Shown in pieces: positions 30,079-40,857 of a stretch of DNA of 44,528 nucleotides. A program made the position numbers and the translations under genes. Each line of letters begins with the position of its first letter. The stretch's first letter is position 1. The stretch is from a virus. The stretch is taken from IMG/VR virus record IMGVR_UViG_3300010231_000015. One strand, written 5' to 3'. The notes beneath the pieces were generated by a model. That model saw only the letters and a program-made list of their open reading frames with translations. It was not told the DNA's origin and did no database searches.

Positions 30079-31871
30079 TTGCGGCCCCTTCGCCGTTGCA
30101 CGAGCAGACGCGCACCAGCAGCCCGAATCTTCGGTTGCTCGTGGTCGTAGCCCATTGGGTTCTCCATGTACTCGCGGGAAGCCTCAGCCTTGCGCTTCTC
30201 CGCTGCCTTTTCCTCATCCTCTGCAAGCCGGTGCTTGTGGAACCGGACTGCACCAGCGACGGCCTCGATACGGTCGTCGTGGGGAAGGGAATTACGGTCT
30301 GTCGTGATGTTGGTCATTTGGCCCCACAGGCTGAACGCGCCGCGCTTCTCAATCGAGTGCTGGGCGTTGAACTTCTCGTCATCCTGTAACACCCGAGGAT
30401 GGACGACTAACCTGTGACGCTGCATCGCGCCGACGAGCGAGTCGATAATGCGTCGCTCCTTCTGCCCGGTGCTGTACTCACCCTCAACTGCCACGTCCTT
30501 GAAGAACGGGTCTTTGACTGCTGCCTTCTCAAGCTCACCGCGCAAGTTAATCTCGAACAGGCCGTGGCCCATGTTCGACTCAACCCGCACATGCTTGATT
30601 CCAAACTCCTTCAGGATAGCTAACAGTTTCTCCGCGTTGCCACCTACACCGTTGGTGAGGCCACCACGCAACCCGCCGACTGTGAGCAGGTGAATGTACG
30701 GCCCTAGTGCGCCGGTACACGCATAGCCCATTTCATCAGCGCCACCACCAGCGGGGTCAATGAACATCAGCAGGTCAGCCAGCTTCGAGTACCCACACTG
30801 CGCGAGGGCAGGGTAGTACATGCGCGTTTGAGGAACAGGGAAGTTAGCGCCCAAGGGGACCAGTAGCGACGCATCAGCGCGGTACGGGATGATCTCAGGC
30901 ACGTTCGTCCAATCGAAGTTAGCGATCATGATGTCGCTGAGCTTCAACTGTTGCCGCATTGCATCTGCAAGCGAAGTGTCCAACATGTACTGCAACTGGA
31001 AGCCCTCGGGGCCTTGATCCAGTTCCTTCTCGATTAGCGCTTCGTTGCCGTAGCGCTCGGGGTCGGTCGGCGCACCGCGCGAACCATCGAGCCCGTAGCC
31101 GTGTTGGAGCGCCGGGTTAGCCCGAATGCGCTCAGCAAGTAGTGGGGCCAGTCGATCACCATACTTCTCCATTTCCTCGTCAGAGGGGTAACGACCCGGC
31201 CAGATGCGAACCGTGAAGCCGCGTCCGGGGAGCGTGTTGTAAATCGAGTCCTTCGTCTGCGGCGTACCGAGATAAAGAATGTGCCCGTCTGCGCAGATGG
31301 AAGTGAACTCCTTCGACAACTGCAACAGGTGCGCGCGCTGCGTCATGGTCAAGCCGTTCTTCGTCGTCTCGATGTCATCGGGAATCAGAAGGTCGGCGCG
31401 CTTACCTTGCAACTGCGCTGTGATACCAACGCACGCTACCGATGGTGACTTGTCGATCACGCCGCGCAACGCGTAATGAATGTCGAAGCCATCGGTAATT
31501 GACGTGCGGTCCCCGGCGCTGCGATCAGGCCGAAGATACTCAAAGATGTCCCATGTAGTGATGAGCCTCACCACGAGCGTTGCAACTTCCGACGCTTGCG
31601 TTTCACCGCCCGAGACAATCAGTACTCGGGTTGCTGGGCGCTGCATCAGACGCCACACCGCATAGAGTGCGGCCAAGGTTGACTTGGCCTCACCGCGTTG
31701 TGCCATCACCATACGGAGTCGCGGGCCTGACTCCATGAACTCCGCGATGTCGGCTTGGATGTCCGTGAGACAGAAACCCAAGTACACCATGCCGTCCTCC
31801 GCGAACTTGCGGAATGACGAGTAATGCTCAGCCATGATAATGGCGTGTTCGAATCGCGTCTTTAAGTCCAT
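30075..31871 (-). CDS. Terminase large subunit (T7 gp19-like)
   Basis: 598 aa. Walker-A-like MAQRGEAKST. Size and position are typical of the T7 supergroup. Confidence 0.9.
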   Translation of the reverse strand: MDLKTRFEHAIIMAEHYSSFRKFAEDGMVYLGFCLTDIQADIAEFMESGPRLRMVMAQRGEAKSTLAALYAVWRLMQRPATRVLIVSGGETQASEVATLVVRLITTWDIFEYLRPDRSAGDRTSITDGFDIHYALRGVIDKSPSVACVGITAQLQGKRADLLIPDDIETTKNGLTMTQRAHLLQLSKEFTSICADGHILYLGTPQTKDSIYNTLPGRGFTVRIWPGRYPSDEEMEKYGDRLAPLLAERIRANPALQHGYGLDGSRGAPTDPERYGNEALIEKELDQGPEGFQLQYMLDTSLADAMRQQLKLSDIMIANFDWTNVPEIIPYRADASLLVPLGANFPVPQTRMYYPALAQCGYSKLADLLMFIDPAGGGADEMGYACTGALGPYIHLLTVGGLRGGLTNGVGGNAEKLLAILKEFGIKHVRVESNMGHGLFEINLRGELEKAAVKDPFFKDVAVEGEYSTGQKERRIIDSLVGAMQRHRLVVHPRVLQDDEKFNAQHSIEKRGAFSLWGQMTNITTDRNSLPHDDRIEAVAGAVRFHKHRLAEDEEKAAEKRKAEASREYMENPMGYDHEQPKIRAAGARLLVQRRRGRK

Positions 31872-31874
31872 AGA

Positions 31875-32159
31875 TTAAGTCCCGGTTGCGGCGTCCTCCT
31901 TAACCAAAGCGAGTGCCTTCTGTTTTCGTTCAGCGCGAATGCGCTCCTGCTCTGCGAACTTCTTCGCAAGCTCAGAGGTCGTGTCGCGCTCTGCTGGGTC
32001 GCATGTGATGTTGTTGTCCTTGAGGAACGACTTGATAACCGAGAGCGTTGCCGCGTCGGTAGGCATGTCGTCCTCAAGGTCGCGCGAGAGCGTGGCGTCC
32101 AACTGCTTCGCCAGCTTCTCGTGCAACTCCATCAGCGACTGAGTTGAAGCCGCTGCCAT
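31875..32159 (-). CDS. Terminase small subunit (T7 gp18-like)
   Basis: Start moved to ATG 32159 (AGGAGG 4 nt upstream). 94-aa helical acidic protein directly upstream of the large subunit. Confidence 0.65.
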   Translation of the reverse strand: MAAASTQSLMELHEKLAKQLDATLSRDLEDDMPTDAATLSVIKSFLKDNNITCDPAERDTTSELAKKFAEQERIRAERKQKALALVKEDAATGT

Positions 32160-32167
32160 TGATCCTC

Positions 32168-34102
32168 CTAAATGCTGGCCACCATCCACATGGTCGCGTT
32201 CTGGATAGTGCCTGTACCACCTGACACACTCGCCAAGATACGGCCCGAGTACAACCCGTCGCTTGTGATGGTCGGGCGGGCTCGACAGCTAAGGCCACCA
32301 AACGCGTTAGCTGCGAATGACTGGTACAAGGCTGTGTTACCTGATGCCGTGCCATTAATAGCGGGTTGGATGGCGGTGTACGCGCTTGCTGTATTGTTCA
32401 GCACCTGAGCGATCACGTTAAGGTCAAGTTCCTCACCGTCAGACCAAGCCACCATTGATAACCCGGAGCCAACTAGAGCGCCCGATGTATTGGTCAGGCC
32501 GATGCCGTTAGCGACCAAACCACGCACGCTGACTTGGCGACGGTTGAAGTACGACGCGACGTGAATGTCCGTGGCCTCGTTGTAACGAAAGATCGCTCCC
32601 GTGCCGACATACGCCATACCTACTAGCGTGCGCGTAGCGTCACCACTCTTGATACGCAACCCCGTAGCTGAGTTGATGGCGTGAGCGGTAGTACTTGCTT
32701 CCAACGTCATAACCCCGGCGCTCATGTACGCGTAGACGTAGTACAGCGTGCCCGCCGTCAGGCCCGCGTTGCTGAGGAACACACCAGCATTCGGGATGAC
32801 TTGCAGCGTACCGTTGATCGGCAGGTAGCGTCCGTTGTAACGCAGCAATGCAAGCTGAGTACTGCTAATGAATGCCAGCCTGCACTGACCCGCAATCAGC
32901 GAGTCCGCGTAGTTCCTCGTAGCCGCGTCTTGTGGGGCAACGGGATCAGCGACGCTCGTGATGACCTTGGAGCCAACGTCGAGCCCTTGACCAAGCGTGA
33001 CCTTACCAGTGTCAGGGTTGACAACCAGCGGGCGATCAAGCGATGTACCTGCTGCGTCGAAGCGAGCCAACACGAATTCCTTCGACGTACCGTCGAGCAG
33101 GGTAGTCCAACGGCGAACACCGGGAGTACCTACCGAGCCTTCCAGATAGTTCATGATGGCGTTGACACCGTTGCGGTACACTTCGATTGGTGAGTTGTAC
33201 TTACCAATGTTCGAGCCCGCGCTCGCGGCTGCATCCTCTGCGGACTGCGCTGCGTTTAGTGCGTACTGCTTAGCACTGTAGTTCGTGCCATCCACAGTCG
33301 TCGTCAACTGCATCGCCCACTGTGAGGCGAGGGTAGCGGACGTGGCCGAGTTCTGGCTATACGTCTGCGACTGGTCCCGATAACCCATCGACGCATCGCG
33401 TGCAGTCTCCGATGCTACGCGGGAGGCTTGCGACGCAGTAGCCGAACTGGACGAGGCTGTAGCACTATCTGCCGATGCGCTCGCGGAGTTAGCGGAGGCA
33501 GTAGCCGAGCCCGCTGCATTCAACGCGTACTGCTTGGCGCTGTAGTTGCCACCTGACACCGGAGAGGGCGTTTGCGTTGCCCACTGAGCAGCGAGGTTCG
33601 AACTTGCCAGCGACGAGCTTGCCGACGCAGCCGAGGCGTTAGCCGCTGCCCATGCTCCAGTGCCCTCAGCCTTCGCTTGACCGTAGGTGATGGCGTCGTT
33701 ATCCGCAACTGCGGGGCCGAGGTTCTTGAGCTTGTAGCCGTGGAAGTCAACATCGTTGAAGATGTCTGTCAGCGCTGCACCTTCAACCGCTTCTTGGTTA
33801 AGGTAGAGCAACTGCGTGAAGTCCGTATCCATCGTAGCGTTGTTGAACTTCGCCCCGTTGCTGAACACGTTGATAATCGAACTGATCTGCGACGTGCGCT
33901 TCAACAGCACTTCAACACCGTTAGGAACAACGGGAGTGAAGTTGATGCGCTTGTCGGTTGTCCCATTCCACGACCACGAGCCAGCAGGAGCAGGCAGACC
34001 ATCGAAGAACACATTGATGTCTGCCCGCTTCAAGTACTGGATCGAAACGTCGAGGTAGGACATAGACCCGGTGGACACCGCCCGCTGGGTACTATATGCC
34101 AT
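32168..34102 (-). CDS. Tail fibre protein (T7 gp17-type N-terminal adaptor domain)
   Basis: 644 aa. The N-terminus MAYSTQRAVSTGSMSYLDVSIQYLKRADINVFFDG... is T7-tail-fibre-like. Contains an internal repeat, ..GNYSAKQYALNAAGSA.. and ..TNYSAKQYALNAAQSA... Confidence 0.85.
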   Translation of the reverse strand: MAYSTQRAVSTGSMSYLDVSIQYLKRADINVFFDGLPAPAGSWSWNGTTDKRINFTPVVPNGVEVLLKRTSQISSIINVFSNGAKFNNATMDTDFTQLLYLNQEAVEGAALTDIFNDVDFHGYKLKNLGPAVADNDAITYGQAKAEGTGAWAAANASAASASSSLASSNLAAQWATQTPSPVSGGNYSAKQYALNAAGSATASANSASASADSATASSSSATASQASRVASETARDASMGYRDQSQTYSQNSATSATLASQWAMQLTTTVDGTNYSAKQYALNAAQSAEDAAASAGSNIGKYNSPIEVYRNGVNAIMNYLEGSVGTPGVRRWTTLLDGTSKEFVLARFDAAGTSLDRPLVVNPDTGKVTLGQGLDVGSKVITSVADPVAPQDAATRNYADSLIAGQCRLAFISSTQLALLRYNGRYLPINGTLQVIPNAGVFLSNAGLTAGTLYYVYAYMSAGVMTLEASTTAHAINSATGLRIKSGDATRTLVGMAYVGTGAIFRYNEATDIHVASYFNRRQVSVRGLVANGIGLTNTSGALVGSGLSMVAWSDGEELDLNVIAQVLNNTASAYTAIQPAINGTASGNTALYQSFAANAFGGLSCRARPTITSDGLYSGRILASVSGGTGTIQNATMWMVASI

Positions 34103-34111
34103 GATCCCTCC

Positions 34112-37100
34112 TTACTTCGATTGCTGCCCGTCCTTCAGCGTCTCGGCCATTGCTTTAACGCCGGGGATGATAGACAGCAGCGGGATTGAATTGATAGCAC
34201 CCGATGCGGCGGTGCCGAACTGCCCGTTAGCCAACGAGCTACCAGTCTTGTACAGCCGGTCGATTGCCATAAGGCCACTAGCGCCGAACTGCTGCTTGTC
34301 GCCGGATGCAACGCCCCACAGTTCCGACAGCAGGCCCATAGCACCCATCTGAGATAGGGCCGTGCTTGCTGCCGTGTTGAGGTCGAGCGGACCTTGGCCC
34401 TTGAGCATCGAGTTCGCTTGCGATGCGAGCATCGTCAGCGGGAACTGATACATCATGAGCAAGCCCATACCGCCGAAGCCTTCACGGCCTAGCGATCCAG
34501 CAAGCACCTTGTTATGCGCGCCGAGGACGAACGAGCGGAACGTGAAGATGAACTTGCCCACGCTAGAGAATTGCGCGAACGCGGGAATCTCGCCTGTTCT
34601 ATTCTTCAGCACCGCGTCATCCATCATCTTGCCAAGCGGGCCTCGAATCTGTGCCCACGTTGCATCGGACCATGCTGCCGTATTCAGGCCATTGGCCTTG
34701 ATGTCAGCAGCAACACTGCTCAAGGTATGGCCCTCTAAGCCGTACTTCGCAAGAGCCTGCTGCGCAGCCTTGTCGCCCAACGCACCCTTATGGAATACGT
34801 CCGCGACGAGATTACCGACAACGCGTGCTTGGTTGTGGTGGATGTAGTGCATCGCATTGATATACGGCACGATCTGCTTAGCCTGCTGCAACGACAGTCC
34901 AACGTGATCGCCCAAGCTCATTTCGAAGTTGTCCTCCATCTTTTGAATGTAAGGGCGAATCCGAAGGTCTTGCGACGAGTTGCGCGCGAGGATAGCGGCG
35001 AGCGATGCAGGGTCATGGTCGGCACCACCCATCAACGTCTTAAAGACCGGCAGGGTTCGCATGATCTCTTTCGTAGTCTTGATGAGACCGTACTTAGCCA
35101 TAGCGTTGGAGTACTCAGTCAACTGCCACAGGCCCGAGCCCGACAATCCCACCATCTGCGTGATTGCAGCGAGACGACGCATACCGTCACCGACTTCATC
35201 ACCAACCGGCTGACCCTTGATCGACGCAATGATGTTGTCGAACAGGGCCGCAGCTTTCTTGCGTGATCCCTCGTCGGCAACACCGTGCAGGAACTCGGTA
35301 CGCAGTTGGTCGATAGCCGTGGACGTATTAAGCGGCACGTCCTCACCCTTGGCGTTCTTGAACGACTTACGCGCGAGCGCTGAGTTGCCAGCAGCGTTGT
35401 CCAAGTAGCCGTCGAGGTTGCGTGCGACGTTCGTATCCAGCAAGTCCATCACCGAGATACGCGAGCCGTCTGCGAGTTGCAGGCTGTGCGACGTGTCCAT
35501 CGCAACGCGGTGCTTCAGTGCCGACGCCTTGCCTGCCTCGTCGGTTACGCCGGTGATGACTTCCATCGCCTTCTGGATACGGTCAGCCGTGATACCGGGA
35601 GTCTGCGCGAGGATGTCGCGCACTTCCTTGGCACCGCTGTTGCCAACGTGACCACGGAACGCTTGGTCCTCGAAGTACCCCTTACGGCGCGCGCGCTCGA
35701 TGATCGCAGCGGCGACATCAGAGATAGCATCGGCGTCCCACATAGGGTTAGCCTTCTGGATCGCAGAGGCAACCATCTTTCGGACTACGGAACGTGACTG
35801 CTTCTCCGTCACACCGTTGGCTGCGGCGATGCGATTCTCCATGTCCTCAATCTGCGTGACGCTCCACTTGCGCGGCGCATACCCAGCAGCTTCGTCCACA
35901 GCATCAGCACCCATCACACCAGCGGCCTGCATTTCCTTCAGCGCTTGCGCGGTTGCTGCATCGTGCGCATCGGCCAGCTTCGTAATCATCGGGTCTACTG
36001 ACGGATCAGCAGTCGGCAGGCCACGGCGAGCCGCAGTGTTACGGCGTTGCAGTTCAGCGTAGACTTGCTTCTCGATGTCGTGCTGAATCTCAGCAGACTT
36101 ACGCGGATTCAGGATGCGGTTACGCAACCCAGCACCACGCGATGCCATTGCTTCCTTCAGGCCGTCCTCATAGCGATACTGCAACTGCGAGAGGTCCGAG
36201 CGGATAGCCTGCTTCTGCGACACCACCGAATCGCCCGTCATGTTGACCGGATCATCAACCAGCAAGTCGGCAACCTTCTTGCCTGCGCTGCCGAGGCCGC
36301 TCACGGTCTTGTGCAATGACCACGAGATAGCGTTACCCGTCTTGGCTGCTGCGGATTCCATGCGCTTAACGATGGTCGCGGCCTGCTGTCCCGGCGTACC
36401 GGTAGGTGCAGTAGCGGGAGCGCTGTGCAGGCTCATACCCGGAACCTCGGCTGTGCCCTCGACCTTCACATTGAGCTTCGTGTTGATGAGTTCGTCGGTG
36501 AGGCCCAGCGCGCGCGTGAGCGCGTTCGTCTGCGTCGGCGGAATGCCCAACAGCTTGCGCACCGTGTCCACCATCTTCGAGAGCATGTTAGGCGCGCGTG
36601 AGCCCGCACCGACAGGCATACGTGAGAGGATCGTAGGCAAGCCGCCAATGTTGCCTGAGTACAAACCAGCGACGAACTCGTTCAGGTTCTTCGTGAGATA
36701 CGTCGCATCGTGAAGCTGAGACGCCGTGAGTCCCTCTGCGTCCTTCAGCCATACCCGCGTGCGGTTCAGCAAGTCCTGCAACTCAGCCGTGATCCTGCCG
36801 TGAGCCGTGCCGGGGTTCGCCATACCAAAAGCCAGCTTGTGAACCGTGAGACCGTGCATGACTTCGTGAAGCGCTGCGAACGCGCTCAGGTTCCGCTGAG
36901 GGAAGTGCGGGTTCGCTGCCATGTGTTCGGCAGTCGGCATGTGGACGCTGTGTGAGCCTGCCGAGTAGAACGGCGTAGCATTCCTATCCAGTTCCGACTC
37001 CATGACCTTGAGCTTGTTCAGCAGGTCAGGTTGTTCCTCGCGTAGCACGCGAATCATCGGGCCGAACTCGGCATCGTCCTCGAAGCGTCCGAGGTAGGTG

Positions 37101-38110
37101 TACGCATCGGTTACGGGATCACCCGCTTTGACGCCACGCTCGGCGAGCAACTCTTTGTTGCGGAACGTAGCCTCAAGCGTGGATTCCTCTGCCACTGCCG
37201 CACCCTTGGCGATGGTTGCGCCATCGGTGCCCACCAGCGCAGCCGTGCGCTCGACTTCCTGCTCCACGGTCGGCGTGGCGCGCGATACGGTCTCCTGCTC
37301 CGACACGATGCGCTTCTCTGCCCCGGTGGACTGTCCACGAACGTCAGCAGCGGCTTGGCCCAGCACGTCCGAGGGGTACTCAGGGTCAGCCTGCACCAGC
37401 CCCTTCTTGGGCCTGTACGCCATCGCCGTGGCCGCACCGCTCAGCAGTGCGGGCAGGATGATTTCGGTGTCGCTCATCGGGACCACCTGAGCCTGCACAG
37501 CGCCGAGGCCGAGGGTCGCAGTCGCGGCCATGACGCCAGCGGCCACGCGGCCCGTTTGCAGCGCCGTGGCGACGCCACCGGACGCGAGGTCGAGTGCTAG
37601 GTAGCCGGGATCGGCCATGCCCACCAGCGTCGATACAATCGGATGATCGCCCATCTGCGCATACAGCGCGCGCTGGGTCTGCGTGTTCTGCAACCGGTAG
37701 TTGAACTCATCCAGCGAGCGGGACTGCGCAAAGAACTTCTGCTCATCCTCGCTCATCATGAACGGGACTTGATTGATGTACGGCTTCGGATCGAAGTCGG
37801 GGTCGCGGTCGAAGTGAGGCATGTTGATGTAGTCCCACACACGCACAGGGCTCCATGACTTCGCAGCCGCGAGCGCAGCGTCACCCACTGTTGCCAGCGG
37901 GCGAGCGTTCTGCGCGATTGTGTTCTGACCGATAGCAGCGGACATGGTGCCCGCGCCGATCTCGGTTTGTGCTACCTTCTCGGGGGCCGACGCCTGTGCC
38001 GGTTCCGGCGTCGGAGCAGCACCCATCGGGTCGAACTCAGGCACAGCGTTTCCAGTGGGAGCGTCGCCCCCGTAGATACGCGGATCGACATTAACGATAG
38101 GTTCTGCCAT
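34112..38110 (-). CDS. Internal virion protein C (T7 gp16 / phiKMV gp37-like)
   Basis: 1332 aa. AGGAG RBS. Largest ORF, positioned after the gp15-like gene. Contains an HEVMH motif at aa 415-419. Confidence 0.8.
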   Translation of the reverse strand: MAEPIVNVDPRIYGGDAPTGNAVPEFDPMGAAPTPEPAQASAPEKVAQTEIGAGTMSAAIGQNTIAQNARPLATVGDAALAAAKSWSPVRVWDYINMPHFDRDPDFDPKPYINQVPFMMSEDEQKFFAQSRSLDEFNYRLQNTQTQRALYAQMGDHPIVSTLVGMADPGYLALDLASGGVATALQTGRVAAGVMAATATLGLGAVQAQVVPMSDTEIILPALLSGAATAMAYRPKKGLVQADPEYPSDVLGQAAADVRGQSTGAEKRIVSEQETVSRATPTVEQEVERTAALVGTDGATIAKGAAVAEESTLEATFRNKELLAERGVKAGDPVTDAYTYLGRFEDDAEFGPMIRVLREEQPDLLNKLKVMESELDRNATPFYSAGSHSVHMPTAEHMAANPHFPQRNLSAFAALHEVMHGLTVHKLAFGMANPGTAHGRITAELQDLLNRTRVWLKDAEGLTASQLHDATYLTKNLNEFVAGLYSGNIGGLPTILSRMPVGAGSRAPNMLSKMVDTVRKLLGIPPTQTNALTRALGLTDELINTKLNVKVEGTAEVPGMSLHSAPATAPTGTPGQQAATIVKRMESAAAKTGNAISWSLHKTVSGLGSAGKKVADLLVDDPVNMTGDSVVSQKQAIRSDLSQLQYRYEDGLKEAMASRGAGLRNRILNPRKSAEIQHDIEKQVYAELQRRNTAARRGLPTADPSVDPMITKLADAHDAATAQALKEMQAAGVMGADAVDEAAGYAPRKWSVTQIEDMENRIAAANGVTEKQSRSVVRKMVASAIQKANPMWDADAISDVAAAIIERARRKGYFEDQAFRGHVGNSGAKEVRDILAQTPGITADRIQKAMEVITGVTDEAGKASALKHRVAMDTSHSLQLADGSRISVMDLLDTNVARNLDGYLDNAAGNSALARKSFKNAKGEDVPLNTSTAIDQLRTEFLHGVADEGSRKKAAALFDNIIASIKGQPVGDEVGDGMRRLAAITQMVGLSGSGLWQLTEYSNAMAKYGLIKTTKEIMRTLPVFKTLMGGADHDPASLAAILARNSSQDLRIRPYIQKMEDNFEMSLGDHVGLSLQQAKQIVPYINAMHYIHHNQARVVGNLVADVFHKGALGDKAAQQALAKYGLEGHTLSSVAADIKANGLNTAAWSDATWAQIRGPLGKMMDDAVLKNRTGEIPAFAQFSSVGKFIFTFRSFVLGAHNKVLAGSLGREGFGGMGLLMMYQFPLTMLASQANSMLKGQGPLDLNTAASTALSQMGAMGLLSELWGVASGDKQQFGASGLMAIDRLYKTGSSLANGQFGTAASGAINSIPLLSIIPGVKAMAETLKDGQQSK

Positions 38111-38120
38111 TTAAATCTCC

Positions 38121-40847
38121 TTAATGAGTTACGGGCATGATGCCGCGCATGAGGTCGGTGTAGTACACACGACGAGCTTCGTGGGCCATCTTGTACTGAG
38201 GCGAATCGAACAGCGCCTTCATGGCTTCCTCTCGGTCGCCTGCCTTAACGGCCTTCACTACGCTGCTCGGCACACTCCCACCTTGGTAGGTGAGTTGCGT
38301 GAACAGCTTCAGCGCGTTCAAGTCGTGCTTGCCCGTCTCGCGTGCGTACTTCGCAGCGCTAACGAGAGCGTCATTCGACGCCTTGACAAACGAGTCGTTG
38401 ATTGCTTGCGGCGGTACGATGCCGGTGTTCGGGTCGGCCTTCGGGAAGTGGGTGTTCGTAGTGGACACACCTACGCCCACGGTCTGTACCCGCTTGCCGT
38501 CAACCACCTTGCCGCTTGCATCGTCATACGCACGGTCGCGCACGTCCTCAAACTTCACGAGGTCTTTACGGATGTCGAGGACTACTTGGTTCGGAACGCC
38601 AGCGGTGTTGTTGCCGTTGAACGTAACCGGCACACCAGTAGTGCCCTTGACCGTGATACCCTCACCGTCCGTTTTCATGAACTGCTCGCTGATGGAGTCC
38701 TGCTTGTCCTGCACAGCGCCAGCGATGAACTTCGGGTCGAGCGTACCGCCTGCGTTGACAAGCTCACCCTTGGGGCCGAACTCTTGCCATTGCAGTTGCG
38801 CGTTGCCATTGACCGTGTACGCGACGCGGTTGCCCTTACCTGCGGGATGCAACTCGCTAATCACGTCCGCGATAGTCTCAGGGCGCACGTTGCGATTTAC
38901 GCCGAAGAAGTCTTGGATCGTCGTACCGGACGGCAGACGCGGCAATACGAGAGGGCCGTCCTTCAGCACGAGGGTCCGGTCTGCCACCTTAGCGAGCGCG
39001 AGCCGTTGGCGCGCGTCGTCGGAGGCGTAGGGATTCTCGCGGCTGATGTAGGTCAGTTCCTCAAGCATCGCGGCCTTACTCTTGGCAAGCTCGGCCTGCA
39101 CACGCTCAGGGTTCTCAAACCACGACTGGCCTGCTGTGATCTTGTCTGTGTTGAGCGCAGTCTGCGAGCGCACGACATCCGGCAGCATGGACTTCAGCGT
39201 ACCCCACAGGCCACGCGGCTCGATGTCGGCAACTGCCTTCAAGTCTGCCTTAGCATGGTTCGCTGCCATCACGTCCTTCTGCTCTTTCGTGAGTCCAGCG
39301 GTCGCGGCGATCTGCTCCGCTGCGGCGTTGGCCGCGATGGTCGGATTGCCGGTGCGCTGTAACTGCTCGCGGTACGTCATGATCTTGGCGCGCGACGCGT
39401 CATCGAACGACGAGAGGTATGCACTCATCGCAGTCTTGTTGCCCTTCTGCTCAGCCGCGTCGAGCGTGCCCAACACAGTGTTGAGCATCTGCAACTGGCT
39501 CGGGTCGATGTTCTCGGACTGGCCGATTGCCATGACGGACGACTTGGTTAGCTCACCGACACCCTTGAACGCGGACTGCTGCCCGGTAGTCAAGCCGATC
39601 TGCAACAGGCCCGCAGTCGTCTCGGCAATGGACTTGCCATTGCGTGCAGCCGTCTGGATGTACGCGGTGTAGGCTTGCCCCTCGTCCTTGCCCGCAGCGA
39701 AGATGCCTTGCTGATTACCAGCGGCGTAGTCGCGTGCGAGGTTCCCGTTAGCCAGCTTCTTCTCGTTGGCCTCAGCCCATGCCTTCGTGAGACTCACGTT
39801 ATCGGCAGTGCTGAGCGCGCCGTTCTGAAGGAGTTGATCCTTGAACGCCTTGAAGTCCTCCCATGCCATCGGCGGCTTGGTCGGGTCGTTGAACGTAGCC
39901 TCCATCAAGCCACGCTGCTCCATCAGGTTCGACAGACGGAATGCTTCGGTGTCCTTGCGGGACTGCTCATACGACTTCGCCAGCTTGACTTGGGAGTCAA
40001 ACGGGAGTTGCTCAAGCATGGTCGAGTTCATACCCGGAACCTTCTGATCGCGCATGTGTTCATACAGCGTCAGGTGGTTCTTAGCAAGCGCCAACTGAGC
40101 ACCCTGCTCTGTCAGCTTCTGCTTCACGTCTTTCGTGAGGTTCGGGTTGTTCCACACGTTGCCGTAGAGCCCGCTGTACGCATCGTCGGCGGCGGCAAGG
40201 TATGCAGCCGGGTCCGTCTTGGACTTGTCCATCGCGTCGAGACGAACGCTCATGTCCGTCTGAATCGCGGTGCCGAGTTGGTCGATCACGAACTTCTGAT
40301 GTTCGCCTGCGTGCTTCGTAATCGCGGCGCGGTCGCTCGTCAACTGCTGAGCGAGGAACGACTTGCGCGCGTCGAGCGACATACCCTGAAGCATAGGCAA
40401 CAGCTTCTGACGTCGAGTCTCCAAGTACTGCTTGAAGTCCTCCGGGGATTGCTCGCGCATCTTCGTCATGTCCACCGAGGTCTGTGCCTCAGCGTCTGCC
40501 ATAGCGAGCCGCGCGCGTGTGTCACTGTAGCCTGCCGTGGACCAGTCACGCGTAAAGATGTTGCTGTCCACTTCTGACTGCGCCTTACCCGCACCAGCCG
40601 CAGCAGCCCCACGCAAATACGCTTCCTCCCGGTTCGTTGTGAGTTCGTTCTGCGCGAGCTTCGATACTGCCGGGAGCAGCGCTTGCGTGAGGTTGTCGAG
40701 GAACTCGTTATGAGGCGCTTGCGGGACATCGTTGTTGGCGAACTTGTTCACGTCAGGCTGTGCATTCTGCACGTTGATCGGAACAGCGCCCACTTGCGGC
40801 GCGCTACCAAAGTCGTATTGCTGAGCAGTGCGCTCAATAGCCGCCAT
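38121..40847 (-). CDS. Internal virion protein B with C-terminal lysozyme-like domain (phiKMV gp36-like)
   Basis: 908 aa. AGGAGG RBS. The C-terminal ..FEDVRDRAYDDASGKVVDGKRVQTVGVGV.. resembles the lysozyme E..D..T/G motif. Confidence 0.8.
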   Translation of the reverse strand: MAAIERTAQQYDFGSAPQVGAVPINVQNAQPDVNKFANNDVPQAPHNEFLDNLTQALLPAVSKLAQNELTTNREEAYLRGAAAAGAGKAQSEVDSNIFTRDWSTAGYSDTRARLAMADAEAQTSVDMTKMREQSPEDFKQYLETRRQKLLPMLQGMSLDARKSFLAQQLTSDRAAITKHAGEHQKFVIDQLGTAIQTDMSVRLDAMDKSKTDPAAYLAAADDAYSGLYGNVWNNPNLTKDVKQKLTEQGAQLALAKNHLTLYEHMRDQKVPGMNSTMLEQLPFDSQVKLAKSYEQSRKDTEAFRLSNLMEQRGLMEATFNDPTKPPMAWEDFKAFKDQLLQNGALSTADNVSLTKAWAEANEKKLANGNLARDYAAGNQQGIFAAGKDEGQAYTAYIQTAARNGKSIAETTAGLLQIGLTTGQQSAFKGVGELTKSSVMAIGQSENIDPSQLQMLNTVLGTLDAAEQKGNKTAMSAYLSSFDDASRAKIMTYREQLQRTGNPTIAANAAAEQIAATAGLTKEQKDVMAANHAKADLKAVADIEPRGLWGTLKSMLPDVVRSQTALNTDKITAGQSWFENPERVQAELAKSKAAMLEELTYISRENPYASDDARQRLALAKVADRTLVLKDGPLVLPRLPSGTTIQDFFGVNRNVRPETIADVISELHPAGKGNRVAYTVNGNAQLQWQEFGPKGELVNAGGTLDPKFIAGAVQDKQDSISEQFMKTDGEGITVKGTTGVPVTFNGNNTAGVPNQVVLDIRKDLVKFEDVRDRAYDDASGKVVDGKRVQTVGVGVSTTNTHFPKADPNTGIVPPQAINDSFVKASNDALVSAAKYARETGKHDLNALKLFTQLTYQGGSVPSSVVKAVKAGDREEAMKALFDSPQYKMAHEARRVYYTDLMRGIMPVTH

Positions 40848-40857
40848 GTGGGCCTCC

